Shown piece after piece: positions 31,501 through 39,968 of a stretch of 64,000 nt of DNA. The DNA is from Actinomycetota bacterium (GTDB lineage: Bacteria; Actinomycetota; AC-67): positions 1,138 to 65,137 of the forward strand of contig DASWHR010000141.1 in the NCBI GenBank assembly GCA_036398095.1, given 5' to 3'. The translations under genes and the position numbers were made by a program. The first letter of the stretch is position 1, and every line of letters starts with the position of its first letter. A model generated the notes under the pieces. It had not been told where the DNA came from. It ran no database searches and saw nothing but the letters and a program-made list of their open reading frames with translations.

Positions 31501-32828
31501 CGGCGCGAATCGGGATCTCGGAGCGAATGGACCTCGTGTTGCCGGCCGCCGGCGGCCCGCAACGCATGCCGGGCGACTATCTGTATACCAACGGCCGCGC
31601 GTTCAAGATTCGCGAAGGATCGTGGGGTCTGCTTCGCGTGCTCGACCCGAGCGACGAGTCGATCCGCGCGCTCCCCGGACGCGAACCGGCGACGCCGGCG
31701 ACGAGCGTGTGTCCCCCCGGCGCGCCGACGCGGCGGTTCCGTGCGGCCGCGGTTCCCGCGACGATCCCATCCCTGGGAGGCGAGGCCGCGGCATTCGTCG
31801 CCGAAAGCGCGCGCAGCGCCGTCGAAGCCGGCGGCCTTCCGGAGCCGTTCGTGCTTCGCGCATCGGTCGGCGACTGCATCGAGGTCTCGCTGGCCAACGC
31901 GACCGGCGCGCCCGTGTCGCTGCATGCCGATTTGCTCGCCTACGACCCATCGTCCTCGGCCGGGGTGGCCGCGGGGAGCGAGCCCGTGCAGGCGGCCGCG
32001 CCCGGGACCTCGCGCACCTACACGTTCTTCGCATCACCGGAGATCGGCGAGACGGTCGCCATGCTGCGCGACGGCGCCGATCTCGCGGGCGGCTCGCGGC
32101 GCGGCTTGCACGGCGCCGTGGTCGTCGGTCCCCCCGGGACCGTCTATCGCGATCCTCGGACCGGCGCCGAGACATCGTCAGGGTGGCTGACGGACGCGGT
32201 CGTACCCGGCCGCACGGCGTGGCGGGACGCGGTGCTGCTGTGGATCGATGACGACGCCGGCTTGGGAACCCACCGGATGCCGTACTCCACGGCGGTCGGG
32301 GGCGCGGTTGCGGTCAACGGCCGAACCGAGCCGCTGCGCGAACGACGCGCCACCGACTCAAAGACCGCGCGCGCCTACGATCCCGCCACGCACGGCGATC
32401 CGGCGACTCCGCTGATCCGTGCGGAGGCCGGCGATGCGATCCGCATCGCGGTCCTGGTCCCGTCGGGCGAGCAGGTGCAGGTCTTCTCCGTCGAAGGCCA
32501 CCGCTGGCCTATCGAGCCGGGGATGCGCGGGAGCGCTCTGGTGTCTTCGGCGGCGGTCGGCGGCTTGGACGCGATGGTGGCGAGGTTCCGGGCCGGCGCG
32601 CCTGCCGATTATCTTTGGGTCAACCACCGCATCCCGTATCTGGAGGCGGGAATGTGGGGACTGCTGCGCGTTCGCGACTGCGGCGCCGCCGGGATCGATC
32701 ACCTGCCCGGGTCGCCGTGCGACGGAATCGGGATCGGCGTCGCCGGGATCGCGGCCGCGGCGCTGGCCGCCGGGCTCGGCGCCTATGCGGTGCATCGTCG
32801 TCGCCGCGGCCGGCGCGCAACCGCTTAA
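28539..32828 (+). CDS. Giant (1429 aa) secreted multicopper oxidase built from three tandem two-cupredoxin units, with a C-terminal hydrophobic anchor and Arg-rich tail.
   Basis: Unit 1 carries the full ligand set (LHVHGG, HYFHSHG, FHVHHVHGG, HCHVAHHYFAGMWGIWRV). Units 2 and 3 end in GSWGLLRV / AGMWGLLRV and keep HxH motifs but lack the HCH cysteine. C-terminus GIGIGVAGIAAAALAAGLGAYAVHRRRRGRR. Confidence 0.8.
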   Translation: MRVSARPPRRVRGGRRFAAVLAVVAASVPAWTAAGGPDTTKGDRAVGAHDHDSHAHSHTDAGHEQSEGFTLAAQAGTTPAGSACKPSMPRREIALSAIAVDVTLNRFGDHDPRGRMFAFTDLTDEIRAEEKRNADARTGRGDYAVTPGLQGDAIQPPVVRARPGECLRLTVRNDLDEPASLHVHGGALMVGAAPAVATNPTATAAPGATVTYTWAIPAGEREGTHYFHSHGDERAQTSHGMFGAIVIEPSGSRWTDPRTGEDARGWDAVITPPDGRAFREFALFYHEVGDEQYQLRAADDSLVPLVDPLLSAYRPGSRAINFRSEPFMNRMRLQQRLTGRFDESLAYSSYAFGDPATPILRAYLGEPVKQRLVHGGSEVFHVHHVHGGSIRWRRQPDADSSPVNAGLDKRPPLTPVASERTDSQSIGPSETFDIAGDCGAGGCQQSAGDFLVHCHVAHHYFAGMWGIWRVYNTLQDGSASTDALPPLPPLRAGTVVAAVTSSALAGRSVTFAGRARTVADASEWAAMQLPPAGPPGEYDASVWDWRVEGGIVVGEPEDARRWPGHAPAAPGRRPPILFDPQTGLLAYPFLRPQLGRRPPFAPGHAPSPFLDPGLGPDPPAPGASGPASLCPAGTTIRTFFVNAVSLAVPLNRRAGLTDPSGQLYVLAEDEAAARANPALRGPLAIRANASEDCVDVVLASSIPDGPINHRFSKVNLHIHFVQFDVQASDGVVNGFNYEQSVRPYTADPVTARAAAAGAPGVTVSAAGRFRPGIVVGIGLGTDRFEARRISRIEGTRLILDAPLARSHPDGEIVSTEFVRYRWYPDVQSGTAYFHDHVNAIASWRHGLFGALVVEPPGSTYHDPASGTQIRSGAIADIVTNARVSADVTGSFREAVLFLQDDQPIGHEGRSSGSAINQRIEPLRGRDPPPRAFASTRGDPETPLIRAHLGDPVVVRTLVAGTNDIHTIHVDGHWFRLEPWSRSSRPVSTARIGISERMDLVLPAAGGPQRMPGDYLYTNGRAFKIREGSWGLLRVLDPSDESIRALPGREPATPATSVCPPGAPTRRFRAAAVPATIPSLGGEAAAFVAESARSAVEAGGLPEPFVLRASVGDCIEVSLANATGAPVSLHADLLAYDPSSSAGVAAGSEPVQAAAPGTSRTYTFFASPEIGETVAMLRDGADLAGGSRRGLHGAVVVGPPGTVYRDPRTGAETSSGWLTDAVVPGRTAWRDAVLLWIDDDAGLGTHRMPYSTAVGGAVAVNGRTEPLRERRATDSKTARAYDPATHGDPATPLIRAEAGDAIRIAVLVPSGEQVQVFSVEGHRWPIEPGMRGSALVSSAAVGGLDAMVARFRAGAPADYLWVNHRIPYLEAGMWGLLRVRDCGAAGIDHLPGSPCDGIGIGVAGIAAAALAAGLGAYAVHRRRRGRRATA

Positions 32829-34165
32829 CCGAGCAGGTCGGTGGCGACCGCTTCCCATAGGTCGGTCGTCATCGCGAGCGACTCGACGTCGATGCGCTCG
32901 TCGTCGCCGTGGAACATCGCGCCGAACTCGGCGAACGACAACCGGTTCGAATACAGGCCGAAGCCGTAGCAGACGGTGTCGAGCGTGCGAAAGAACCGCG
33001 AGTCGGTCGCGCCGGCGAGCAGCATCGGGATCGTCCGGGCGCCCGGCACCATCCGCGCGGTCGCCGCGCGCAGCGACTCCCAGAGCGGCGTCTGCTCCGG
33101 CGAGGACGTCGCGCGGCCCGAGATGGTGATCTCGACCTCGGCGTCGCCGGCCAGATCCCCCAGCGCCTCGCGCACGATCCGGTCGATGTCCTCGGGTCCT
33201 TCGCCCGGCAGCACGCGCACGTCGGCCTCGATCTCGGCGAAATCCGGAATCACGTTGGTCTTGACGCCCGCGTGGAGCATCGTCGGGGCGATCGTGGTGT
33301 GGGTGCAGGCGTTGAGGAGCCGCTGCAGCGCGGGATCGGGGATCAGCGTCGTCATCTGCTCGACGGCGTCCGGATCCTTCAGCGCCGCGGCCACGTCGTC
33401 CGGCAGACCAAGGCCGTCGACGAACGAGCCCCACACGCCGCCGGTTCGGGCGCGCGGGCTGAACTCGGCCAGCCGCTGCACGGCCGTCGAGGCTTTCACG
33501 AGCGCGTTGTCGGTGCCGAGCGGCAGGCTCGCATGGCCGGGCGTGCCGCGAAAGCGGATCTTGACCCAGTTCGCGCCCTTCTCGGCCACGGCGACGGGAA
33601 AAGTGGGCCGGTCGGGCGGCGCGGTCGGCACGCGCATGCCCCCGAATTCGGTGAGCAGATAGTCGGTTCGGATCGCGTCGGGCTCGTGCTCGACGAGCCA
33701 CTTCGCGCCGGCCTCGCCGCCGGTCTCCTCGTCGGCGACCGCGATGTAGAGCAGATCGCCGCGCGGCCGGAAACCCTGCCGCGCGAGACGTTTGAACGCG
33801 ATCGCCATCGACGAGGTCAGGTTGAGCATGTCGACCGCTCCCCTGCCCCACACCTCGCCGTCGATCAGCTCGCCTCCGAACGGGTCGCGGCGCCACCGGT
33901 CTTCACTGACCGGCACCACGTCGGCGTGCGCCATCAGCGCGAGCGACGGTGCCTTCGGATCCGAGCCGCTCAGGCGAGCAACCAGATTCGCGCGGCCCGG
34001 GAACGGCTCGAAGCGTTCGATGTCGATGCCGTCGCCCGCGATCACCGACTCGAGCAGATCGATGTTGCGCGCCTCGCCGCCGGAGGTGATGGCGCCGTCG
34101 TTGACGCACGCGTTGCGGATCAGCCCTTGGAGCAGATCGACGACGTCGGCCTCGGACTCAGTCAC
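32825..34165 (-). CDS. M20-family metallopeptidase (ArgE/DapE/CPG2-like); GTG start. The track ORF start at 34510 is an extension.
   Basis: M20 metal-binding motifs (LMAHADVVPV, AVADEETGG). Confidence 0.75.
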   Translation of the reverse strand: MTESEADVVDLLQGLIRNACVNDGAITSGGEARNIDLLESVIAGDGIDIERFEPFPGRANLVARLSGSDPKAPSLALMAHADVVPVSEDRWRRDPFGGELIDGEVWGRGAVDMLNLTSSMAIAFKRLARQGFRPRGDLLYIAVADEETGGEAGAKWLVEHEPDAIRTDYLLTEFGGMRVPTAPPDRPTFPVAVAEKGANWVKIRFRGTPGHASLPLGTDNALVKASTAVQRLAEFSPRARTGGVWGSFVDGLGLPDDVAAALKDPDAVEQMTTLIPDPALQRLLNACTHTTIAPTMLHAGVKTNVIPDFAEIEADVRVLPGEGPEDIDRIVREALGDLAGDAEVEITISGRATSSPEQTPLWESLRAATARMVPGARTIPMLLAGATDSRFFRTLDTVCYGFGLYSNRLSFAEFGAMFHGDDERIDVESLAMTTDLWEAVATDLLG

Positions 34166-35010
34166 GGCTCGCGACGATAGTCGCGCTGCGCGGCACGGGC
34201 AAACGCCTCGTCGAACCCCTCGTAGTGGGGAATACCCGGCGGCGCGATCTCGCCTCGGATCTGCGGCACGAGCGCCGCCGCGACGGCGCGGCCGATCTCC
34301 TCGTGCGTCTCGAACGGCCAATGGATGCCGTCCGCGTTGAGCTTTTCGACCCACGGCTCGACCAGCGGCCACGATTCCACGAACGGAAAACCGTGGCGTG
34401 CGGCGATGGTGCGTTGCATCGCGGTCCGCGCGGTGTGCTGCGGATGCAGGTGTCCGTAATACCCGCTGCGGTGGCTGGTCGGTCCCACGACGACGCCCGG
34501 CGCGCCCCATGTCAGCGCGCGGACCTCGTGAAGGATCCGATCGAACAGGCGCTCGAACTCCCCTGCCGGGACGCGCGCGAAGCGGCCGCGGGTCAGCCGG
34601 ACGCCCGCCGGGTGGACCGCGCGAAGGAGCGCCCGATACCGGCGGCGGAGTGCCGCCGGACGCACAAAGGGAATCATCGCCTCGAGCGGCGGCGGCACAC
34701 CGACCGGCGCGTGGTCGAAGGATCCGAGCCCGAGCACAACCCCGTCGGCGCGCATCAGAACCTCGAACATGATGTGGCGGTTCTTGGTGACGTCATAGTG
34801 CGTGCCCCGCACCCCGGTTCCCGGATGAGCCACGACCCCAACGATCACGCGGCGGCCGATCGCATCCTCGATCGCGCGCGCCGCGACGTTCGGGTACAGG
34901 GCCGGATCGTCGGGGAGCAGCGGTCCGGCCGGACCGGTGAACGCGGTCGAGTCGGCGATCACCGCAAGGCGAAGCGGTCCGTCCGGATCGGCGTACAACG
35001 GGCTCCCCAT
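34162..35010 (-). CDS. SGNH/GDSL-like hydrolase family protein.
   Basis: N-terminal LRLAVIADSTA (GDS-like block) and a C-terminal His region. GTGA overlap with the downstream M20 gene. Confidence 0.55.
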   Translation of the reverse strand: MGSPLYADPDGPLRLAVIADSTAFTGPAGPLLPDDPALYPNVAARAIEDAIGRRVIVGVVAHPGTGVRGTHYDVTKNRHIMFEVLMRADGVVLGLGSFDHAPVGVPPPLEAMIPFVRPAALRRRYRALLRAVHPAGVRLTRGRFARVPAGEFERLFDRILHEVRALTWGAPGVVVGPTSHRSGYYGHLHPQHTARTAMQRTIAARHGFPFVESWPLVEPWVEKLNADGIHWPFETHEEIGRAVAAALVPQIRGEIAPPGIPHYEGFDEAFARAAQRDYRREP

Positions 35011-35202
35011 GACGGCGGCGATGGTATCGCGACCCGCGGCCTCTGCGTCGTTTTGCTTAGCAGGCTAGGAAAAAAGAGTCACGCCCCGCCGTCATTTCGC
35101 CCGGGTTCGCTCCTTGGAGCGGCATACGCGAAAGTTATGGAAACGTGCGGTCCTGCCGACACTACAGCGGGGGGAACGAGGACGAAGGTCGGGAGCGCAT
35201 TG

Positions 35203-36204
35203 ATGCCGAACCAGATCGTTTCCCGCGCGTACGCGCCATCCCAGAGGGCGGCCGACACGCGCGCACGCACCGTTTCACGCCACGCGGCCGTCGGATTGCG
35301 GCTCGCCGCGGCCGGCGCAGCCTCGCTCGCCATCGCAGCGACCGGCGCGACCGCCTCGCCGCTGATCCCGATCGGCGTCGCGATCGCTGCCGTTTGCGGG
35401 CTTCAAGGCGGCATCGTCGCCGGCGCGATCTGCGGCGCGCTGGTGGTCACGGCGTCGCTGCCCCACCTGGCCGGAGAGACCGGCGCCGGATTCCAAGCGC
35501 TCAACCACGCGGCGACGTGGGCGGTGCTGTTTCCCTTGACGGGAACGACGGCCGGCCTGGTCCATGCGCTTCGCGCGCGTCCCGATGCGTCCGGTGAGCG
35601 ACGCCGGCTCGCGGCCGACCTGCACGACGGTGTCGCGCAAACGCTCGCTCATCTTCGGCTCGAACTGGACATGCTCGCCCACCCCGACCTCGGGCGCGTA
35701 AGCGACCCGGAGCGGCTGGCACGCCTTGCGCGCGTCGCCGACCGCACCCTCACCGACGTTCGCGCGCTCATCAGCGACCTTGCCGCCCCGATGCCGCCCG
35801 GCGGCCTGCCGGACGCGCTCCGCGAGCACGTTCATGCCGTGCAAGGATCCTTGGGCCCTTCGATCACGCTGGACGCGCCGGAGCCGACACGGGCAGGCGC
35901 ACTCGTCGAAGGACAACTGCTTCGCATCGCCCAGGAGGCCATCTCCAACGCCGTGCGACACTCGGGGGGGACGGCCGTGCACGTGCGGCTCGCGCCTGAT
36001 CCGGACGGCGCGACCCGCATGACGATCGACGACGACGGGTGCGGCCTCGCGCCCGGCGCCGCTCGTGACGGCGGCCTGGGCTTGGACACGATGCGCGAAC
36101 GCGCGCACGCCATCGGCGCGACGATCGCGATCGGCGTCCGTGAGGGCGGCGGAACACGCGTCGAGGTCCTCGCCCCCGCGACGCGCATGTCGAGGACCGC
36201 ATGA
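35203..36204 (+). CDS. Membrane sensor histidine kinase (HisKA_3 type).
   Basis: TM helices. H-box LAADLHDGVAQTLAHL. HATPase_c motifs (NAVRHSGG, DDDGCGL, GLGLDTMRERAHAIGA). Confidence 0.75.
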   Translation: MPNQIVSRAYAPSQRAADTRARTVSRHAAVGLRLAAAGAASLAIAATGATASPLIPIGVAIAAVCGLQGGIVAGAICGALVVTASLPHLAGETGAGFQALNHAATWAVLFPLTGTTAGLVHALRARPDASGERRRLAADLHDGVAQTLAHLRLELDMLAHPDLGRVSDPERLARLARVADRTLTDVRALISDLAAPMPPGGLPDALREHVHAVQGSLGPSITLDAPEPTRAGALVEGQLLRIAQEAISNAVRHSGGTAVHVRLAPDPDGATRMTIDDDGCGLAPGAARDGGLGLDTMRERAHAIGATIAIGVREGGGTRVEVLAPATRMSRTA

Positions 36205-36893
36205 GCACTGCGATCGAGGCCGGGGTCGGGGCCGGGGTCGGGGCCGGGGTCGAGGCCGGAACCGTCCGCGTCGTCCTGATCGACGACCATACGCTGGTGC
36301 GTCAAAGCGTCGGATTGATCGTCGGCGCGGCCGGTGGCTTCACCGTCGTCGCCGAAGCAGGCTCGGCCGAGGCCGGCCTTGCCGCCGTCGCGCTGCATCG
36401 TCCCGACATGGTCGTGCTGGACGTCGGCCTGCCCGGCCGAAGCGGGATCGAGATCGCGCAGGCGCTCAAGGCCGCGCATCCGGCAATGCGAATCATGTTC
36501 TTGACGATGCACGAAGACGAGGCGACGATCGCGAGCGCCGTCGCGCTCGGCGCCGACGGCTATGTGCTCAAGTCCGCCTCGACCGACGAACTGCTGATGG
36601 CGCTTCGCGCGATCGCGGCCGGCGCATCATTTCTGAGTCCCACCGTCGCGCGAAGCGTGATTCATCGCTCCCAGCCACGCTCGACCACCGTCGAGCTGAC
36701 CGATCGAGAGCTGGAAATCGTCCGTATGCTTGCCGAAGGCGCGCGGCCGGCTCAGATCGCAAAGACGCTGACGCTCTCGTTGCGGACGGTTCGCAACCAT
36801 CTGGCCAACGTCTACGCGAAGCTGGGCGTTCAAAGCGCCGCCCAAGCCGTCGCCGAGGCATACCGCCGCGGCTTCGTCGCCCGCTCGCTATAA
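36201..36893 (+). CDS. NarL/LuxR-family response regulator with an N-terminal GVGAGVGAGV low-complexity repeat.
   Basis: Receiver domain (VVLIDDH...DMVVLDVGLPGRSG) and LuxR HTH (LTDRELEIVRMLAEGARPAQIAKTLTLSLRTVRNHL). ATGA overlap with the kinase gene. Confidence 0.85.
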   Translation: MSTAIEAGVGAGVGAGVEAGTVRVVLIDDHTLVRQSVGLIVGAAGGFTVVAEAGSAEAGLAAVALHRPDMVVLDVGLPGRSGIEIAQALKAAHPAMRIMFLTMHEDEATIASAVALGADGYVLKSASTDELLMALRAIAAGASFLSPTVARSVIHRSQPRSTTVELTDRELEIVRMLAEGARPAQIAKTLTLSLRTVRNHLANVYAKLGVQSAAQAVAEAYRRGFVARSL

Positions 36894-37057
36894 CGATTAG
36901 GTCATTCGACTCAGGCCGCTAGATCGAAGCGGCATCCCACATCGCGTCACGCGTCTCTGATCCCCCTGCATCCTCCCGCCGATCAATCAAACGGGAAACG
37001 AACGCATCCGCGGCCCTCCGGAGGGGAGACGCCGGGAGCGGGAGGAGGAGGTATCGC

Positions 37058-37279
37058 ATGTCGGGTCTCGTCGGTTTCACTCGCACCTTCGCGAAGTACT
37101 GCGTCGCGCGCATGAACCTGCGCAGCGAGCGAGGTGCAACCGCAGTGGAGTACGGCCTCATGGTGGCGCTGATCGCCGCCGTCATCATCGCGGCCGTCGC
37201 GCTGCTGGGCAACAACACCAAGGACACGTTCCAGTGCACGGCCGACTCGGTCGCCGCGCGCGCGGACAACTGCCCGTAG
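37058..37279 (+). CDS. flp: Flp-family type IVb pilin 1. The true start may be the internal ATG near 37115 (MNLRSERGATAVEYGL).
   Basis: Flp motif GATAVEYGLMVALIAAVIIAAV, the prepilin cleavage context. Confidence 0.7.
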   Translation: MSGLVGFTRTFAKYCVARMNLRSERGATAVEYGLMVALIAAVIIAAVALLGNNTKDTFQCTADSVAARADNCP

Positions 37280-37381
37280 GCACCACCCACCCACGGCCGC
37301 AGGTCGCCCGGGACGGGTCACTCCCGTCCCGGGCGTCCGGGCCGAGAAGCGTCTTGCACCACCCCTCTGGGAGGAGAGGTC

Positions 37382-37564
37382 ATGCGCATTGCCCGCTCCA
37401 TCCGCCGGCGCGACCAGCGCGGCGCCACCGCCGTCGAATACAGCCTTCTGGCCGCGCTGATCGCCGCCGTCGTGCTCCTGGCCGTCCTCGTGCTGGGCTC
37501 GAACTCAAGCGATCTCTACGAATGCACGGGCAGCTCGATGGCTTCGCAGGTGACGCAATGCTGA
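37382..37564 (+). CDS. flp: Flp-family type IVb pilin 2.
   Basis: RGATAVEYSLLAALIAAVVLLAVLVL. Confidence 0.7.
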   Translation: MRIARSIRRRDQRGATAVEYSLLAALIAAVVLLAVLVLGSNSSDLYECTGSSMASQVTQC

Positions 37565-38007
37565 GGCTCCCACTCACGAGAGGATCGCGCGGACGTGACC
37601 AGCGGGGCGCCAGCGCCGTCGAGTTCGCGATCGTCATGACCGTGCTGTTCATGCTGCTGTTCGGCGTGGTGCAGTTCGGCATCGCATACAACCGCGCACA
37701 AGGCCTGGAAGCCGCCGCGCGCGAAGGCGCGCGATCCGCGTCCATCGGCTCGACCTACACGCAGATCCTCGCGCGGGTCCGGGAAGCCCAGTCGATGTTC
37801 ACGCCGGCCGACGTGGGGATCGTGACCACGCCGGCGACGAGCGGAACCCAGCGGCCGTGCCAGATCGCCGGCGTCGGCGGCACCGTGACGGTGCAGGCGA
37901 TCGTGCCCGAAAACAGCGCGTATGCGATCGCGATTCCCTTGTGGGGCAAGCGGCAGATCCGCTACACGGCGCTCGGCGTGTTTCGATGCGAACGGGGAAC
38001 CCCATGA
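37558..38007 (+). CDS. tadE: TadE-like minor pilin / pseudopilin.
   Basis: N-terminal RGASAVEFAIVMTVLFMLLFGVVQFG TadE motif. Start overlaps the flp2 stop. Confidence 0.7.
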   Translation: MLRLPLTRGSRGRDQRGASAVEFAIVMTVLFMLLFGVVQFGIAYNRAQGLEAAAREGARSASIGSTYTQILARVREAQSMFTPADVGIVTTPATSGTQRPCQIAGVGGTVTVQAIVPENSAYAIAIPLWGKRQIRYTALGVFRCERGTP

Positions 38008-39170
38008 TCCGGCGCGACGAGAGAGGCGCGACCGCGGTTATCGTCGCCGTGTCGCTGACGGCCGTCCTGGGCGCGGCGGTCCTGTCCATCGACTCGGGCA
38101 GCGTCTGGCGCACGCGCCGCAACCTGATCACCGACACCGACGCGGCCGCGCTTGCCGCCGCCCGGTATCTGGATGCGCAAGGCGCGCGCGCGTGCGACGC
38201 GACCGCGATCACCGACGCCCGCAGCGAAGCGTCCGGCATTGTCGCGGCGAACGACGCGCAGTCCACGCTGGACGGTTTCACGGTCACACCCACCGGCGGG
38301 GATTGTGCGGCCGAGTCGGGCCGCGTCCGCGTGGACGGTCGCTTGACCGCGCAGCTCAGCTTCGCCGGAATCTTCGGCATCGGATCGGTGCCGGTTGCGT
38401 CGTCTTCGATCGCGCAATGGGGACCGCTGTCGGCCGCGACCGGAATGCGGCCCATCGGCATCTGCGACAAGAGCGAGCACTTTCAGGAATGGAGCCGGTA
38501 CCTGCGCGGCGACGACACCGGATGGGGCGCGCCGGGAACGGGCCACCCGTCGTATCCGAACGCCGTCGTGCATCGAATCTACGTGCAACGCGGCGCGTCG
38601 GGATGCGGCGACGCGGCCGGCAACTGGGACTGGCTCGACTTCAACGGGGAGAGCCCGCCCAACGGCGTCACGGCGCTGCGCGAATGGTTCTACAACGGCT
38701 ACCAAGGCGTCGTATCGCTCGGCGATGAGGCGACCGGCAGCGTCAAGGACTGCGATCCGGAGCAGGCCGGTGCACAGGACGGCTGCGCGCCGCAGACCGG
38801 CAGCACCGGCGGCTCGCTGCTCGATTCGCTCGAGTACCTGCGCGACAACCGGATCACGTTCCCGATCATCGTCTACGACAAGGTCGTGGACGACCGGGAC
38901 CCGGCGAGCTGCCAGGCGCCGCCGCCGTGGACGGGATCCGGCACCAACGCCCGCTACTGCCACGTCGCGTTCCTGCTCGTGCGCGTGTACGGCTGGGATC
39001 GGATCACCGGGCAATTGCTCGACAACTCATTCGTCGATCTGGAGTTCGTGGACGAATGGTGGGTCGGCTCGATCGGACAGAACCCAAGCGGCGGCCGCGA
39101 GACGGTGCACGGCGTGTCGCTGTGCGGCGGCGGCTACGGAACGAACATCGATCAATCCTGCGACGTGTAA
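38004..39170 (+). CDS. TadG-like Flp pilus assembly protein (large pseudopilin).
   Basis: N-terminal ERGATAVIVAVSLTAVLGAAVLSID Tad pseudopilin-type segment. ATGA overlap with tadE. Confidence 0.6.
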   Translation: MIRRDERGATAVIVAVSLTAVLGAAVLSIDSGSVWRTRRNLITDTDAAALAAARYLDAQGARACDATAITDARSEASGIVAANDAQSTLDGFTVTPTGGDCAAESGRVRVDGRLTAQLSFAGIFGIGSVPVASSSIAQWGPLSAATGMRPIGICDKSEHFQEWSRYLRGDDTGWGAPGTGHPSYPNAVVHRIYVQRGASGCGDAAGNWDWLDFNGESPPNGVTALREWFYNGYQGVVSLGDEATGSVKDCDPEQAGAQDGCAPQTGSTGGSLLDSLEYLRDNRITFPIIVYDKVVDDRDPASCQAPPPWTGSGTNARYCHVAFLLVRVYGWDRITGQLLDNSFVDLEFVDEWWVGSIGQNPSGGRETVHGVSLCGGGYGTNIDQSCDV

Positions 39171-39204
39171 CAACGACCGAACAGATTCACGGGAGGAGTG
39201 ACCA

Positions 39205-39963
39205 ATGAGTATCGGAACGATGTCCCGGCGAGGAGTGAGCCTCGTCGTCGCGCTGCTGCTGGCCGCGCTGGCGACGGGTGCGTGGGTCTCCTACGTTCGC
39301 TCCATCGAGCGACGCGCGGTCGACGGCAACGCCACCCTGCAGATCTACATCGCCGGCGACGTGATCCCCGCCGGCACGACGGCCGAGCAGGCCGACGGCA
39401 ACAAGCTGCTCGTCAAGACCGGCGTCCCCAAGCGGCTCGTCGCCGAAGGCGCGGTCACCGAGCTGCCGCAGCTTCGCGGCACCGTCGCCTCGGTCACGAT
39501 CCAGAAAGGCGAGCAGATCCTTCGCACGCGCTTTACCTCGCCCGAGCAGGCCGCGCGGTTGCTGCAGATTCCGCCGGGTCTTCATGCGATGAGCGTCGAG
39601 GTGGCCGCCCCGCCGGGCGTCGGCGGATTCGTGCAACCTCACGATCGCGTGTCGGTGATCGCGAAGGTCTCGCCCGAGAACACCGATCCGGTCGTGCGCT
39701 TCCTGTTGCAGGACGTCGAGGTGCTCGCCGTCGGCTCGCGGACGAGCGCCGCCGCGCCGGCGTCGGGATCCCGGGAAGCCGCGCGCGAGAGCGCCGAACC
39801 GGTTCCGACCGATCGGATGCTGCTCACGCTCGCGGTCTCGCCGTTCCAGGCCGAGCAGCTCGCATTCGCGGTGCTGGAAGGCCAGGTGTACTTCACGCTG
39901 CTTCCGCCGGGCACGAAAGCAACCGGCACGCCGGGCCGGACGGCCGGAAACGTGTTCGGGTGA
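39205..39963 (+). CDS. cpaB: Flp pilus assembly protein CpaB/RcpC (SAF domain).
   Basis: N-terminal TM helix plus SAF-like and RcpC-like regions. Position between tadG and cpaE. Confidence 0.7.
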   Translation: MSIGTMSRRGVSLVVALLLAALATGAWVSYVRSIERRAVDGNATLQIYIAGDVIPAGTTAEQADGNKLLVKTGVPKRLVAEGAVTELPQLRGTVASVTIQKGEQILRTRFTSPEQAARLLQIPPGLHAMSVEVAAPPGVGGFVQPHDRVSVIAKVSPENTDPVVRFLLQDVEVLAVGSRTSAAAPASGSREAARESAEPVPTDRMLLTLAVSPFQAEQLAFAVLEGQVYFTLLPPGTKATGTPGRTAGNVFG

Positions 39964-39968
39964 TTTCG

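Noticed and set aside
28521-31925. 1134-aa minus-strand ORF.
   Set aside because: Antisense to the multicopper oxidase, which has unambiguous copper-ligand motifs.
32690-32828. LPXTG sortase signal at the C-terminus of the multicopper oxidase.
   Set aside because: The motif is LPGSP, not LPXTG. It is kept only as a low-confidence finding about a generic C-terminal anchor.
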